A stretch of 64,000 nucleotides of DNA from Candidatus Hydrogenedentota bacterium (GCA_034408725.1 JAWXCN010000182.1:41443-105442); one strand, 5' to 3'; counted from the stretch's first letter, positions 19,050 through 31,263 are shown. A program made the numbers and translations. The notes: generated by a model not told the origin, from the letters alone.

Positions 19050-19652
19050 ATGCCTTACACATTGCCGGCGTTGCCCTATGGTTTTGACGCGCTGGAACCG
19101 CACATCGACGCGAAGACGATGGAAATCCACCACGGAAAGCACCATCAGGCGTACATCACCAACGTGAATGCCGCACTGGAAGGGACTGGGATGGACGCGC
19201 ACCCAATCGAGGAGGTGCTGAAGAACATCAAGGATGTACCGGAAGCCAAGCGCCAAGCCGTAATCAACAACGGGGGTGGGCACGCGAACCACACGTTATT
19301 CTGGCTGATTATGGCGCCAAACACCGGTGGCAAACCCGGCGGCGCGATGGCAAAGGCAATCGACGCCGACCTGGGCGGATTCGACAAGTTTCAGGAGGAC
19401 TTCACCAAGGCGGGTGCAACGCGGTTCGGCAGCGGATGGGCGTGGCTCGTTGTGAACAAGGACAAGAAGCTCGAAGTCCTCAGTACCGCGAATCAGGACT
19501 CACCCCTGATGCAGGGTCTCACGCCGATCCTCGGTATGGACGTGTGGGAACATGCCTATTATCTCAATTACCAGAACCGGCGGCCCGACTACATGAAGGC
19601 GTTTTTCAACGTCATCAATTGGCCGAAGGTTTCGGAGTTTTACGGCGCATAG
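19050..19652 (+). CDS. sodA: Mn/Fe superoxide dismutase
   Basis: [34 protein letters not shown]. Confidence 0.96.
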   Translation: MPYTLPALPYGFDALEPHIDAKTMEIHHGKHHQAYITNVNAALEGTGMDAHPIEEVLKNIKDVPEAKRQAVINNGGGHANHTLFWLIMAPNTGGKPGGAMAKAIDADLGGFDKFQEDFTKAGATRFGSGWAWLVVNKDKKLEVLSTANQDSPLMQGLTPILGMDVWEHAYYLNYQNRRPDYMKAFFNVINWPKVSEFYGA

Positions 19653-19665
19653 TATCACCCGATTT

Positions 19666-19712
19666 GGCGCGCGGTCAGCACGCGGAACGCGTGTTGCCCG
19701 CGCCGCCTTTTT
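19666..19712 (+). terminator. Terminator after sodA
   Basis: Long GC hairpin centred on CACGCG-gaa-CGCGTG, followed by TTTTT. Confidence 0.7.
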
Positions 19713-19714
19713 AT

Positions 19715-19796
19715 CGGGAGGGCGCGCGTCCCCGCGCGCTGGATTGCTCGTGGTCCGCTTGCGATTTGGCCGGCGCGCGGGGACGCGCGCCCTCCC
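19715..19796. repeat. Inverted pair of REP-like palindromic elements
   Basis: CGGGAGGGCGCGCGTCCCCGCGCGC (19715-19739) and its reverse complement (19773-19796). Confidence 0.85.
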
Positions 19797-19860
19797 TTGA
19801 CGAAAGCGGCGGCAAACCTTCATGCTCTATGGCAACCTATAGTTCATCTTGGAGTGCAGC

Positions 19861-21096
19861 ATGCCCAACCCTCTTCCATTCACCAACGTAGACCGCCGCG
19901 CATTTCTGAAAACGGCTGCGCTCAGTCTCGCGGGCGCGACAGTCAGTGTTGCCGCCGTAGCGGACGCCATCGGCGAAATCAAACCCTGGGAGCGAGGTAC
20001 TGACAAGAAAATCCGAATCGGTATCGTGGGTGGAGGTTTCGGATGCTCGTTTCATTGGCATCAGCATCCCAATTGCGTCGTCGAGGCCGTCAGCGATCTG
20101 ATCCCGGAACGGCGTGATCGCCTGATGCAGGTCTATGGATGCGGCAAATCGTATGAGTCGCTCGAAAAACTGGTTCTTGATCCGAATATTGACGCGGTTG
20201 CCGTTTTCACGGGCGCGCCAGACCATCCTCGCCACACTATTGCTTGTTTTGAGGCGGGCAAGCACGTGATCAGCGCGTGTCCAGCGTGTCTGACGCTCAA
20301 AGATGCTGATCGTCTGAGGGACGTGAAAGAACGCACCGGTCTGAAGTACATGACGGCCGAGACGACTTATTTTCGGTGGGAGACAATGACCGCGCGGCGC
20401 ATGTATGCGGCGGGAATGTTTGGGGACCTGGTTTATACGGAAGCCGAGTATTATCACCCCATGCGGCCTGAAGAGCGCGAGGCTCTTTGGTATCGGGACG
20501 GAAAACGCACCTGGCGGTACGGATACGCGCCGATGTTGTATCCGACCCATTCCACGGCATTCCTGGTGGGCGTCACGGGGGAACGGCTCGCGAAAGTTTC
20601 GTGCGTTGGATGGGGCGACGACGAGGCCGTTTTGAAAGACAACGCGTACAACAATCCCTATTTCAACGAGACCGGCATGTTCATAACCGATAGTGGCAAG
20701 CCTTTCAGGTGCAACGTCGGGTGGAAACTCCACGCGCACGGGGAGCGCGCGCAATGGTTCGGGACCCAGTCTGCGCTGTACATGGGCGGTTCAGGAGGCC
20801 AACCGTATTCGATGCAACTTCCGGACGAGCATATCACCGAGGTGCCGGATTATTTCCCCATGCTTCCCGAATCAATGCGTAAAGACACGGGCCACGGTTC
20901 TTCGCATCCGTTCATTACCCATGAATTTGTCACGGCGCTACTCGAAGATCGGGAGCCGGCCACGAACTTGTACGAAGCGCTTGCGTTTTGTGTGCCGGGG
21001 ATCGTCGCCCACAAGTCCTCGCGCAAAGGCGGCGAACAACTCAACATACCAAGTTTCGACACCGGGAGGGCGCGCGTCCCCGCGCGCCTTTCGTAA
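19861..21096 (+). CDS. Gfo/Idh/MocA oxidoreductase, Tat-exported
   Basis: RRAFLK signal; IRIGIVGGG; 'EAGKHV'; 'HGSSHP'. Confidence 0.88.
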   Translation: MPNPLPFTNVDRRAFLKTAALSLAGATVSVAAVADAIGEIKPWERGTDKKIRIGIVGGGFGCSFHWHQHPNCVVEAVSDLIPERRDRLMQVYGCGKSYESLEKLVLDPNIDAVAVFTGAPDHPRHTIACFEAGKHVISACPACLTLKDADRLRDVKERTGLKYMTAETTYFRWETMTARRMYAAGMFGDLVYTEAEYYHPMRPEEREALWYRDGKRTWRYGYAPMLYPTHSTAFLVGVTGERLAKVSCVGWGDDEAVLKDNAYNNPYFNETGMFITDSGKPFRCNVGWKLHAHGERAQWFGTQSALYMGGSGGQPYSMQLPDEHITEVPDYFPMLPESMRKDTGHGSSHPFITHEFVTALLEDREPATNLYEALAFCVPGIVAHKSSRKGGEQLNIPSFDTGRARVPARLS

Positions 21097-21212
21097 TCGA
21101 AGACCGCACCCGTAGACGCACGCAATCGGAACAGTGCGCGGGTACGCCAGTGTTTCCTCACGGGAGACTCTATCCGCAATCCGAATAGCGCGCGGGGGCG
21201 CGCGCCCTCCCG
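21063..21212. repeat. Second inverted pair of the same REP-like element
   Basis: Identical copy at 21063-21087; inverted copy with one substitution at 21188-21212. Confidence 0.85.
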
Positions 21213-21213
21213 T

Positions 21214-22266
21214 TTATATCCTGAAGAGTCTTATTTCGTGCGTGTTATTTGGTGTTGCGACCTCGGCGTAGATATAGAATTGATCGTCTACGCGTACCCA
21301 ACTCGAGTAGCGAAAGGTGCTGAAATGCTCGTTCGGAGTCGGGCTTACCGCGAGCGGGGCGTCCGTGGTGAGTTCGATTATGTGATGAAGGTCGAAAGTG
21401 TAAGCCAGGCCGGTGGAGATATTATACACCGGGTCATACCACGATGACTTGGAGCCTTCGTATACGAACAAGTACCCCGCGCCGGTCGGAACAACGCACG
21501 ACGGCCGGACAAAAAAATCGTGCCAGCCGGACAGTTCCATGATGGGTTCATAAGGGTTGCCAACCGGCTCCCAGGTTTCGCCGTCCGTGCTGGTAAAATG
21601 AAAGATGCGCTCGTTCTTGCGGACATATCCGATCACGTAGCAATGGTACGCGCCTTCGGCATGGATGATGACCGGGTCTTTATATTCGACGGGAGGTTGG
21701 TCGCGTTCGTAAGTTTTTTCGCGCGGAGCGATAACAGGCCTGGCAGATTGGGCGATAAATTCGCACGGTGAGCCGGCATCGTCGAATTTAATGATGCTCC
21801 AGGGCCCTCCCTGCCAAGGCCCGCACGTGTACAGCTTGAATTTCTGAGTGGCCGGATCGATGAGTAGCGCGGGGCGTTCGAAACCGGGGATAGGAACGTC
21901 TTCACGCTTAATTGAGAAATCTTTGTGAAACGTTACGCCGTCTTCGCTTCGAAGCAGCCGTATCTCGTAGCCACGAAGTCCGCGTTCTCCCTCGCCCGAG
22001 CGCATGCGGCACGCCATCCAGAATATGCCGTCCTGATCGCGAACCGCCGAGGGTGCGCCAGCCCACCATTCCGGCATGTCCTTGTCGGGTTTGACGACCA
22101 CATGGCCTGGCTGCGCGAGTTGCCGGGTCAATGCGCCATAGTTCATGCCGGCAACCGGACGGCTCAAACGCGGTTGTTCGCCGTGTGCTATGATCGTGAC
22201 AAAGAATAGTATGATCGTGTGGAACAAAATGGTGTGGATAGCCAATCGAATACTCATGGTGTTCAT
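21214..22266 (-). CDS. Secreted five-bladed beta-propeller glycosidase-like protein
   Basis: Signal peptide; blade motifs WAGAPS, FERPAL, YKDPVI, FVRPSCV; SxDGxxW/F Asp-boxes. Confidence 0.7.
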   Translation of the reverse strand: MNTMSIRLAIHTILFHTIILFFVTIIAHGEQPRLSRPVAGMNYGALTRQLAQPGHVVVKPDKDMPEWWAGAPSAVRDQDGIFWMACRMRSGEGERGLRGYEIRLLRSEDGVTFHKDFSIKREDVPIPGFERPALLIDPATQKFKLYTCGPWQGGPWSIIKFDDAGSPCEFIAQSARPVIAPREKTYERDQPPVEYKDPVIIHAEGAYHCYVIGYVRKNERIFHFTSTDGETWEPVGNPYEPIMELSGWHDFFVRPSCVVPTGAGYLFVYEGSKSSWYDPVYNISTGLAYTFDLHHIIELTTDAPLAVSPTPNEHFSTFRYSSWVRVDDQFYIYAEVATPNNTHEIRLFRI

Positions 22267-22320
22267 CCCCTGGAATATGGCAATTCTATCATCTTCAAGT
22301 TTGCATCGAGGAAGAAAAGC

Positions 22321-23784
22321 ATGTGGCCAATCGCTTTTCGGCTGAATCCTATTCTATTCCCCATCCTTTTTTTGGTTTTTGCGTCTTCGTCTGACGTACG
22401 AGCTTGGGAGGCCGCAATTGTCACCGATGATGCAAGCCGGCTCAACCAGACTCGCGTCCACGAAATATGGAACATTCCAACCGATCCCGTCAAAGCAGAG
22501 GCGCAGTTAAAACAACTATTGATTCGCGCAACAGCGGAAAACCTTCCAGTATCCATCGCGGGCGCACGGCACAGCATGGGTGGACATACCATTGCGCCCG
22601 ATGGAATTGTTGTGAACATGCTCCCCTTCAACGCCATGGAACTGGATGACATGCAGAAAATTCTCCATGTGGGGTCTGGGGCGAGATGGTCTTCGGTCGT
22701 ACCCTATCTCGACGCTCGTGGATATTCCGTTTGGGTGATGCAATCGAACAATGATTTTACGGTTGGAGGCTCCATTAGCGTCAACTGTCACGGCTGGCAA
22801 CACAACAAACCGCCTATTGCGTCGACGGTGAAATCGTTCCGCATAATGCGCGCGGATGGTTCAATTGTTCGATGCAGCCGCGACGAGAATCAGGAACTAT
22901 TTTCCCTTGCGCTTGGCGGATTCGGGTTGTTTGGCATCATTTTGGATGTCGAGCTCCGTGTTGTTCCGAATGAAGTGTATCAGCCCGTGGTGGAAATTCT
23001 GGACACTGATACCTACGTAGAGCGGTTTGAGGACAAAGTTACCACTACCGCGGACGTTGGGATGGTTTACGGGCGCCTATGCGTCGTTCCAGGAGAAGAC
23101 ACGTTCCTGCGGGAAGCAGTGCTTATGACTTTTATTCGAACGAAAGCCCAATCAACAGACATTCCTAAGATAGAGAAATTGGGACAGTCGAAGTTGAGGC
23201 GCGCGGTTTATCGCGCGCAGATTGGGCACAAGTCCGGCAAGGTTTTGCGCTGGAAAGCCGAAGTGTTCGCCAGCAAACGGCTGAATGACAAAGAGTTCAC
23301 GCGCAATCAACTCATCAATGAAAGCGTAACGATTTTTCAAGAACGTGACGAAGACCGCACGGACATTCTGCACGAATATTTCGTGCCATATGACCATTTC
23401 GACAGTTTTATTTCACGGGCGCAAAAAATCATTCCAAAACATGACGTCGAACTGCTGAATGTTACCGTTAGAAATGTAAAAAAAGATTCCGATGTCTTCC
23501 TCCGGTATGCGGATCAGGATATGTTTGCGTTTGTCATGTTGTACAACATGAAGCGGACGGAACAGGCCGATGCTGCCATGCGAGGAATGACGAGTGAATT
23601 GATAGAGGCAGCCATTAGTTGCGAAGGAAGCTACTATCTGCCGTACCGGCTTCACGCCACAAAAGATCAGTTTGAATGGGCTTATCCGCGCTCCGGAGAG
23701 TTCTTTAATTTGAAACGTAAATTCGATCCAACGGAACGATTTCAAAATCAGTTCTATATCACATATGGAAAGGCAAAGCCCTGA
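22321..23784 (+). CDS. FAD-binding oxidoreductase (VAO/DprE1-like), secreted
   Basis: IAGARHSMGGH, 'TVGGSISVNCHG', 'GGFGLFGII', 'YYLPY', 'K.KFDP...FQN'. Confidence 0.88.
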   Translation: MWPIAFRLNPILFPILFLVFASSSDVRAWEAAIVTDDASRLNQTRVHEIWNIPTDPVKAEAQLKQLLIRATAENLPVSIAGARHSMGGHTIAPDGIVVNMLPFNAMELDDMQKILHVGSGARWSSVVPYLDARGYSVWVMQSNNDFTVGGSISVNCHGWQHNKPPIASTVKSFRIMRADGSIVRCSRDENQELFSLALGGFGLFGIILDVELRVVPNEVYQPVVEILDTDTYVERFEDKVTTTADVGMVYGRLCVVPGEDTFLREAVLMTFIRTKAQSTDIPKIEKLGQSKLRRAVYRAQIGHKSGKVLRWKAEVFASKRLNDKEFTRNQLINESVTIFQERDEDRTDILHEYFVPYDHFDSFISRAQKIIPKHDVELLNVTVRNVKKDSDVFLRYADQDMFAFVMLYNMKRTEQADAAMRGMTSELIEAAISCEGSYYLPYRLHATKDQFEWAYPRSGEFFNLKRKFDPTERFQNQFYITYGKAKP

Positions 23785-23803
23785 CCCGGTTGCGTCCTGT
23801 CTT

Positions 23804-23832
23804 TTGACAAGTTCTTCCGGCTGCTGTAGCCT
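23804..23832 (+). promoter_or_regulatory. Sigma70-type promoter of thiC
   Basis: TTGACA-N17-TAGCCT. Confidence 0.6.
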
Positions 23833-23902
23833 GATGGGTAAGGTGCGGCGTTTGTTTTATTGGATTTATCCCGGCCCGACGCGCTTTTTCAGGAGGTATT
23901 GA

Positions 23903-26115
<2,213 letters not shown>

Positions 26116-26131
26116 ATGCGATAGACGGGAC

Positions 26132-26156
26132 GGGAAATCGCGCGCGATTTCCCTTT
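26132..26156 (+). terminator. Perfect 22-bp palindrome, probable terminator or operator
   Basis: GGGAAATCGCGCGCGATTTCCC followed by TTT. Confidence 0.55.
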
Positions 26157-26223
26157 GCTGGAAAAGGCCGGAAACATGGGCATGTCAGCCAATAGCCCGC
26201 GAGAAGGAATTCTTCCGTTCTTC

Positions 26224-26925
26224 ATGAGCGTGCGCGAACGGACTATCGAGTCCGAGCTTATGGATCGGCAGGACCTTGAACCCGGCTTGCGCGCGGGAGC
26301 GCTGAAAGGTCTGGAGCGCATCAACCTGCTAAGCCGCGCCGCCGGCAGTGTCTGGGGGCCTATCCGGGCATTCGCGCGCAAGCTGAATCGTCCAGTCCGA
26401 GTGCTGGACCTAGCTTGTGGCGGTGGGGACGTTGTCCTTGCGCTTTCACGCCGTGCGGCACGAAACAGATTGCCCGTCGAGATTCATGGATGCGACTTGT
26501 CCGCGGAAGCCGTCGCCTATGCAACCAAACGCTCGGGTGTTGAGCATCATCGCGTGCGATTTTTCCAATGCGACGTGCTGAACAATCCTCCGCCCGAGGG
26601 TTACGACGTAATCGTAAATACGCTGTTCATGCACCACCTCGAACATGGAGCGGCCTTGCGCGTTCTGTCGGCCTTGCGTAACGCGCGGCCGGGATTGATC
26701 GTGATCAGCGACCTGCGGCGAAGCACTGCTGGATATGCGCTCGCCCATGTCGCGTGCCGGGTGCTCACCCGAAACTACGTCGTCCATTACGACGGGCCGC
26801 GCTCGGTGGTGTCTGCCTTCACCCCGGCAGAATTTAGCGCGCTGGCAACTCAGGCGGGCATGGCCGGCCACCGCATTCAGTCAAGTTGGCCGTTCCGGTT
26901 TCTATTTACATGGTCGCCTGCATGA
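26224..26925 (+). CDS. SAM-dependent methyltransferase (type III PKS-associated)
   Basis: 'ELMD', VLDLACGGGD, 'LFMHHL', 'ISDLRR', 'DGPRSV'; start codon uncertain (26155-26224). Confidence 0.88.
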   Translation: MSVRERTIESELMDRQDLEPGLRAGALKGLERINLLSRAAGSVWGPIRAFARKLNRPVRVLDLACGGGDVVLALSRRAARNRLPVEIHGCDLSAEAVAYATKRSGVEHHRVRFFQCDVLNNPPPEGYDVIVNTLFMHHLEHGAALRVLSALRNARPGLIVISDLRRSTAGYALAHVACRVLTRNYVVHYDGPRSVVSAFTPAEFSALATQAGMAGHRIQSSWPFRFLFTWSPA

Positions 26926-28091
26926 ACACGATTTCATGGAACGAGGCCCGCCACTTCACCTGGGACGCCATCGTAATCGGCGCTGGCTGCGCAGGTGCAA
27001 TCGTTGCCCGGCAACTGGCCAAAGGTGGCCGGCGTGCGTTGCTCGTTGACCGCGCGCAGTTCCCCCGATACAAGGTTTGCGGCTGCTGTCTTGGAACGGC
27101 GGCGCAGGAAACTTTGGCATCGATCGGTTTGGGTAACTTGCTAACAACGAGCGGGGCGGTAAAGACCAACGCCATGATCGCGGCGTCTGCCGGGCGTCGC
27201 GTGCGTATACCTCTGCCGGACTATGCAGTGTTATCGCGCGAGCGCCTGGATTTGGAACTCGTGCAATCTGCAATTGACGAAGGCGTTTCATTCCTGCCAG
27301 GCACGACGGCAAAACGCGAACAATCGCCGGTCGAGCATCAGGTGGTCTCACTTCGATGCGCTGATGAAAGCGTGAAAGCGACCGGAAAAATTATCATTGC
27401 CGCTGATGGACTCGGGGGCGGGCTAATGGAAGAACGCCATCAAGCACGTTTGCGAATGACGCGCTCCCGTGTGGGCGCGGGGGCAGTCAGCATCGCGGCG
27501 CCGCTTGCGTATGAACCGGGCGTTGTCTACATGGCGTGCGGTCGCGCGGGATATGTTGGCGTCTGCCGATTGGAAGATGGCCGCACAACGATAGCGGCGG
27601 CAATGGACGTTGCTTTTGTGAAAGATTCCCAGGGCCTTGCAAACGCGGCGCGGCGTCTCCTCAATGACGCGGGATTCTCCACGATCCCTGATATCAACGA
27701 TATTGTTTGGAAAGGCACGCCGTTACTTACCCAACGTCCCGCGGCAGTCGCTGGTCACCGCACGTTTCTCGTGGGCGACTCCGCCGGTTACGTCGAACCG
27801 TTTACCGGAGAGGGAATGAAATGGGCGCTGACGTCCGCGGTGGCGCTTGCGCCGATTGCGTCCGCGGCCAGCGAGAACTATTCACGCGAACACGAACACG
27901 CATGGAGGATGGCGCACCGGAATGTTGTCTCCAGCCGGACGCGCACCTGCATCGCGCTTTCCGCGGCCCTGCGGCGCCCGTGGATCGTAAGCGCCGCGAT
28001 CCGGGTCATCTCCATCAGGCCAGGAGTCGCCGGGCCGTTCGTACGCAAGATCAATGCACCCGTTTCGATACAGAAGGGAATTCACCCGTGA
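26922..28091 (+). CDS. FAD-dependent oxidoreductase/monooxygenase
   Basis: IGAGCAG, FPRYKVCG, AADG, VGDSAGYVEPFTGEGM; ATGA overlap. Confidence 0.9.
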   Translation: MNTISWNEARHFTWDAIVIGAGCAGAIVARQLAKGGRRALLVDRAQFPRYKVCGCCLGTAAQETLASIGLGNLLTTSGAVKTNAMIAASAGRRVRIPLPDYAVLSRERLDLELVQSAIDEGVSFLPGTTAKREQSPVEHQVVSLRCADESVKATGKIIIAADGLGGGLMEERHQARLRMTRSRVGAGAVSIAAPLAYEPGVVYMACGRAGYVGVCRLEDGRTTIAAAMDVAFVKDSQGLANAARRLLNDAGFSTIPDINDIVWKGTPLLTQRPAAVAGHRTFLVGDSAGYVEPFTGEGMKWALTSAVALAPIASAASENYSREHEHAWRMAHRNVVSSRTRTCIALSAALRRPWIVSAAIRVISIRPGVAGPFVRKINAPVSIQKGIHP

Positions 28092-29179
28092 ATCGATTTA
28101 CAATTTTCGGACAAGGCATTGCTGTTCCGCGCTATTCGATTGGCATCGACGAAGCCGTCGCGTACGCAAAAAAAGGGTTTTGTGAAACCGAGGAACAAGG
28201 CCGGCAATTGACCCTGCTCTATCGAATGACCGGGGTGCAGCGGCGTCATACCGTGGTGCTTGATGGGCCGGAAGAAATGTCGGACCGCCATTCGTTTTTC
28301 CCGCCTCCAAACGGCGCGATGCAGCAGGGCCCGTCCATTCGCGCACGCATGGAAAAATACGAAAATGAATCGCTTCCGCTTGCAGTTACGGCCTCGCGCG
28401 CGGCGCTCGAAGAAGCGCGCATGAAGCCCGGACAAATTACGCACCTTGTGACGGTTTCATGCAGCGGATTCGCCGCGCCCGGCGTGGATATAGGCTTGAT
28501 CAAACAGCTTGGCTTGCCTCTGACCTGCCAACGCACCCATGTTGGGTTTATGGGGTGTCACGGGGCACTGAACGCTCTGCGTGTCGCTCGAGGGTTTGTC
28601 GAGAGCGATCCGAACGCCCGCGTTCTGTTGTGCGCCGTCGAACTGTGCAGTCTGCATTATCACTATGGGTGGAACCCCGATCAGCTTGTTGCGAATGCAT
28701 TATTTGCGGATGGCTCCGCCGCAATTGTTGGTGGCGCCTCAGAAGAAAACTCGGATGACTGGCAAATTCACGGCACCGGTTCCTGTTTGGTACCGGACTC
28801 GGAAGACGCTATGACGTGGCGCATCGGCAACAATGGTTTCATCATGTCGCTTTCATCGCGCGTGCCGGAACTGATTGGCAGCCATCTGCGCCCGTGGATG
28901 GAATCCTGGCTCGAACAACATGGCCTGACCATTGACGCGGTGAAATCGTGGGCGGTTCATCCCGGCGGACCGCGCATCCTCGGTTCAGTGGTGAAGGCAC
29001 TCGGCCTGCCCAAGGACGCCGTGGATGTGTCGAAAGAAGTGCTCAAGAATCATGGCAATATGTCGTCACCGACCATTCTGTTTATTCTGAACCGCCTTCG
29101 CGAGGCTTGCGCGCCACGGCCATGCGTTGCGCTGGGCTTCGGACCCGGCTTAATGGCCGAAGCGACGTTGTTTGCGTAA
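28088..29179 (+). CDS. Type III polyketide synthase
   Basis: Cys-His-Asn triad in FMGCHG, HPGG and HGNMSS; ALFADG; GFGPGL; GTGA overlap. Confidence 0.95.
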   Translation: MNRFTIFGQGIAVPRYSIGIDEAVAYAKKGFCETEEQGRQLTLLYRMTGVQRRHTVVLDGPEEMSDRHSFFPPPNGAMQQGPSIRARMEKYENESLPLAVTASRAALEEARMKPGQITHLVTVSCSGFAAPGVDIGLIKQLGLPLTCQRTHVGFMGCHGALNALRVARGFVESDPNARVLLCAVELCSLHYHYGWNPDQLVANALFADGSAAIVGGASEENSDDWQIHGTGSCLVPDSEDAMTWRIGNNGFIMSLSSRVPELIGSHLRPWMESWLEQHGLTIDAVKSWAVHPGGPRILGSVVKALGLPKDAVDVSKEVLKNHGNMSSPTILFILNRLREACAPRPCVALGFGPGLMAEATLFA

Positions 29180-29257
29180 ATAGTTCTGCCAATTTTAACG
29201 AGTGTGACGAGGATAGGGAACGTTTAGTAGAATTAAACATGAACACGGAAAAATAGC

Positions 29258-29510
29258 ATGGAACTTCCAACATTCGTACATGCGCTAATTGATCTTCACC
29301 TGAAAACCGGACGGTACTCGTCCGCAGAAGAAGTATTGAGACAAAGCTTTTGAAGCATTAGCGGAGCGGGAGTTGGATGACGACGAAATTCGAGCAGAAT
29401 TACAGGTAAGCCTTGACGAATTGGATCGAGGAAAGGGCGTTCCCGCGGATGAAGTCTTCGCCTTCCTGCGGGATCGTCACGAAAAATTTACGAGTAACCG
29501 CCAACCCTGA
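29258..29510 (+). pseudogene. Frameshifted ParD-like (ribbon-helix-helix) antitoxin, no toxin partner
   Basis: MELPTFVHALIDLHLKTGRYSSAEEVLRQ / +1 shift at A-run 29343-29345 / AFEALAERE...LDELDRGKGVPADEVFAFLR. Confidence 0.75.
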
Positions 29511-29586
29511 AACGATGCGTACCCTCGCCGTTTACCGCGGGACGGCGATTGTCCCGAATTTATCAACATTGGAAACGACAAGAAAT

Positions 29587-30564
29587 ATGCGCATAGGCCC
29601 AATCGAAATTGACAAGCCGCTTGCTCTCGCGCCGATGGAAGACGTGACGGATATTCCGTTTCGTCTTATTTGCAAACGCCTGGGCGCGGATTTGCTGTAC
29701 ACGGAATTCACCAGCAGCGAGGCACTGATTCGCGATGCGCGCAAGGCTTTGGCCAAGATTCGCGTCGTCGAGGAAGAACGTCCCGTTGCCGTGCAGATTT
29801 TTGGCGGTGTTGAAACTTCGATGGAAGGCGCGGCGCAGGTAGCTGAACGCGCGAACCCCGATTTCATCGATATTAACTGCGGATGCTGGGTCAAGAAAGT
29901 CGCGCTTCGTGAATCCGGCGCTGGTCTATTGCGCGACCTGCATAAGTTCGAGGCCATCGTTAAGTCGGTGATCGCGGGAACCTCGCTTCCCGTCACCGTG
30001 AAAACGCGCCTGGGTTGGGACGAAAAAAGCATCGTCATACTCGAGGTCGCGCGCATGCTGGAACAACTCGGCGTGAAGGCGTTGGCTGTTCACTGCCGGA
30101 CACGCGATCAGGGCCATCGCGGCAATGCGGATTGGTCGTGGCTGGAAAAACTGAAGGGAACTGTTTCGATTCCGATTATCGGCAACGGCGACATCCATAC
30201 GCCGGAGGACGTTAAGCGCATGTTCGAGACCGGTTGCGACGGTGTGATGATTGGGCGCGGCGCGATTCAGAATCCGTGGATTTTTCAACAAACGAAACAC
30301 TACCTGCGCACTGGGGACTTTGCGCCCGATCCCTCCGTCGAAGAACGCATAGACACGTGCCTTCATCACCTGCGCCTCGTTGTGCAGGAACGCGGCGAGC
30401 AGCGCGCGGTGGTCGAATTCCGCAAACACTACGCGGGTTACTTGCGGGGACTCCGGAATGCGGCGAAGGTGCGCGGCGAACTCATGCACTTTGTGGACTA
30501 TGCGCCAGTTGAAGCGCGTCTGCTCGAATTTAGCGACGCCTGCCTGAGCGAAGCCGCCGCGTAA
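29587..30564 (+). CDS. dusB: tRNA-dihydrouridine synthase
   Basis: LAPMEDVTD, IDINCGC, VTVKTRLGWD, IIGNGDI, GVMIGRGA. Confidence 0.93.
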   Translation: MRIGPIEIDKPLALAPMEDVTDIPFRLICKRLGADLLYTEFTSSEALIRDARKALAKIRVVEEERPVAVQIFGGVETSMEGAAQVAERANPDFIDINCGCWVKKVALRESGAGLLRDLHKFEAIVKSVIAGTSLPVTVKTRLGWDEKSIVILEVARMLEQLGVKALAVHCRTRDQGHRGNADWSWLEKLKGTVSIPIIGNGDIHTPEDVKRMFETGCDGVMIGRGAIQNPWIFQQTKHYLRTGDFAPDPSVEERIDTCLHHLRLVVQERGEQRAVVEFRKHYAGYLRGLRNAAKVRGELMHFVDYAPVEARLLEFSDACLSEAAA

Positions 30565-31263
30565 ATGTTTGGCGATTTGCGAAAGGCCGTTTGCGAAGCG
30601 AATCTGGACTTGGCGTTTCGCGGCTTGGTCATGCTCACCTGGGGCAATGCCAGCGCGGTGGATCGCGAATCCGGTCACGTTGTAATCAAACCCAGCGGGC
30701 TGGTGTATGAAAAAATGAAACCTCGCGACATGGTCGTGGTGAATCTTTCGGGCGAAGTGGTGGAAGGCGAGCTGAAACCTTCGGTTGATCTTCCCATACA
30801 CCTTGCACTGTACGCGGCGTTCACACAAATCGGCGGCATCGCCCATTCACATTCACACTACGCAACCTGCTGGGCGCAGGCATGCAATCCGATTCCATGC
30901 CTCGGCACGACTCACGCCGATTATTTTTGCGGTGATATTCCAGTTACGAATTCACTCAGGGACGGAGAGACCGGCGCATCGTATGAGCAGGCGGTTGGTC
31001 AGTCCATTGTTCGCTGCTTCGATGGTCGAGACCCTTTAACATGTCCCGCGGTCCTGGTGGCGAAGCATGCGCCGTTCACTTGGGGCGCTTCCGTATCCCA
31101 GGCTGTGGAGAACTCGATTGTCTTGGAAGAAGTCGCGCGCATGGCGTATCACAGTTACGGCCTGAATCCTTCTCTTTTGCCCATTCCGGAACATTTGCTC
31201 GATAAACATTTTCACCGGAAGCACGGAGACCGTGCATATTACGGGCAGCCCGGGCGGAAATAG
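30565..31263 (+). CDS. araD: L-ribulose-5-phosphate 4-epimerase
   Basis: TWGNAS, IKPSG, HSHS, GTTHADYF, HFHRKHG..AYYGQ. Confidence 0.95.
   Translation: MFGDLRKAVCEANLDLAFRGLVMLTWGNASAVDRESGHVVIKPSGLVYEKMKPRDMVVVNLSGEVVEGELKPSVDLPIHLALYAAFTQIGGIAHSHSHYATCWAQACNPIPCLGTTHADYFCGDIPVTNSLRDGETGASYEQAVGQSIVRCFDGRDPLTCPAVLVAKHAPFTWGASVSQAVENSIVLEEVARMAYHSYGLNPSLLPIPEHLLDKHFHRKHGDRAYYGQPGRK

Noticed and set aside
19837-20754. 305-aa antisense ORF
   Set aside because: Shadow of the oxidoreductase gene on the + strand
19715-21212. CRISPR array or IS terminal repeats
   Set aside because: Repeats are inverted pairs with irregular spacing; no cas or transposase gene
27707-28087. N-terminal extension of the type III PKS
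   Set aside because: Overlaps the oxidoreductase gene; GTGA coupling at 28088 gives a normal-length PKS
29413-29586. N-terminal extension of dusB
   Set aside because: Overlaps the ParD remnant; DusB homology starts at 29587
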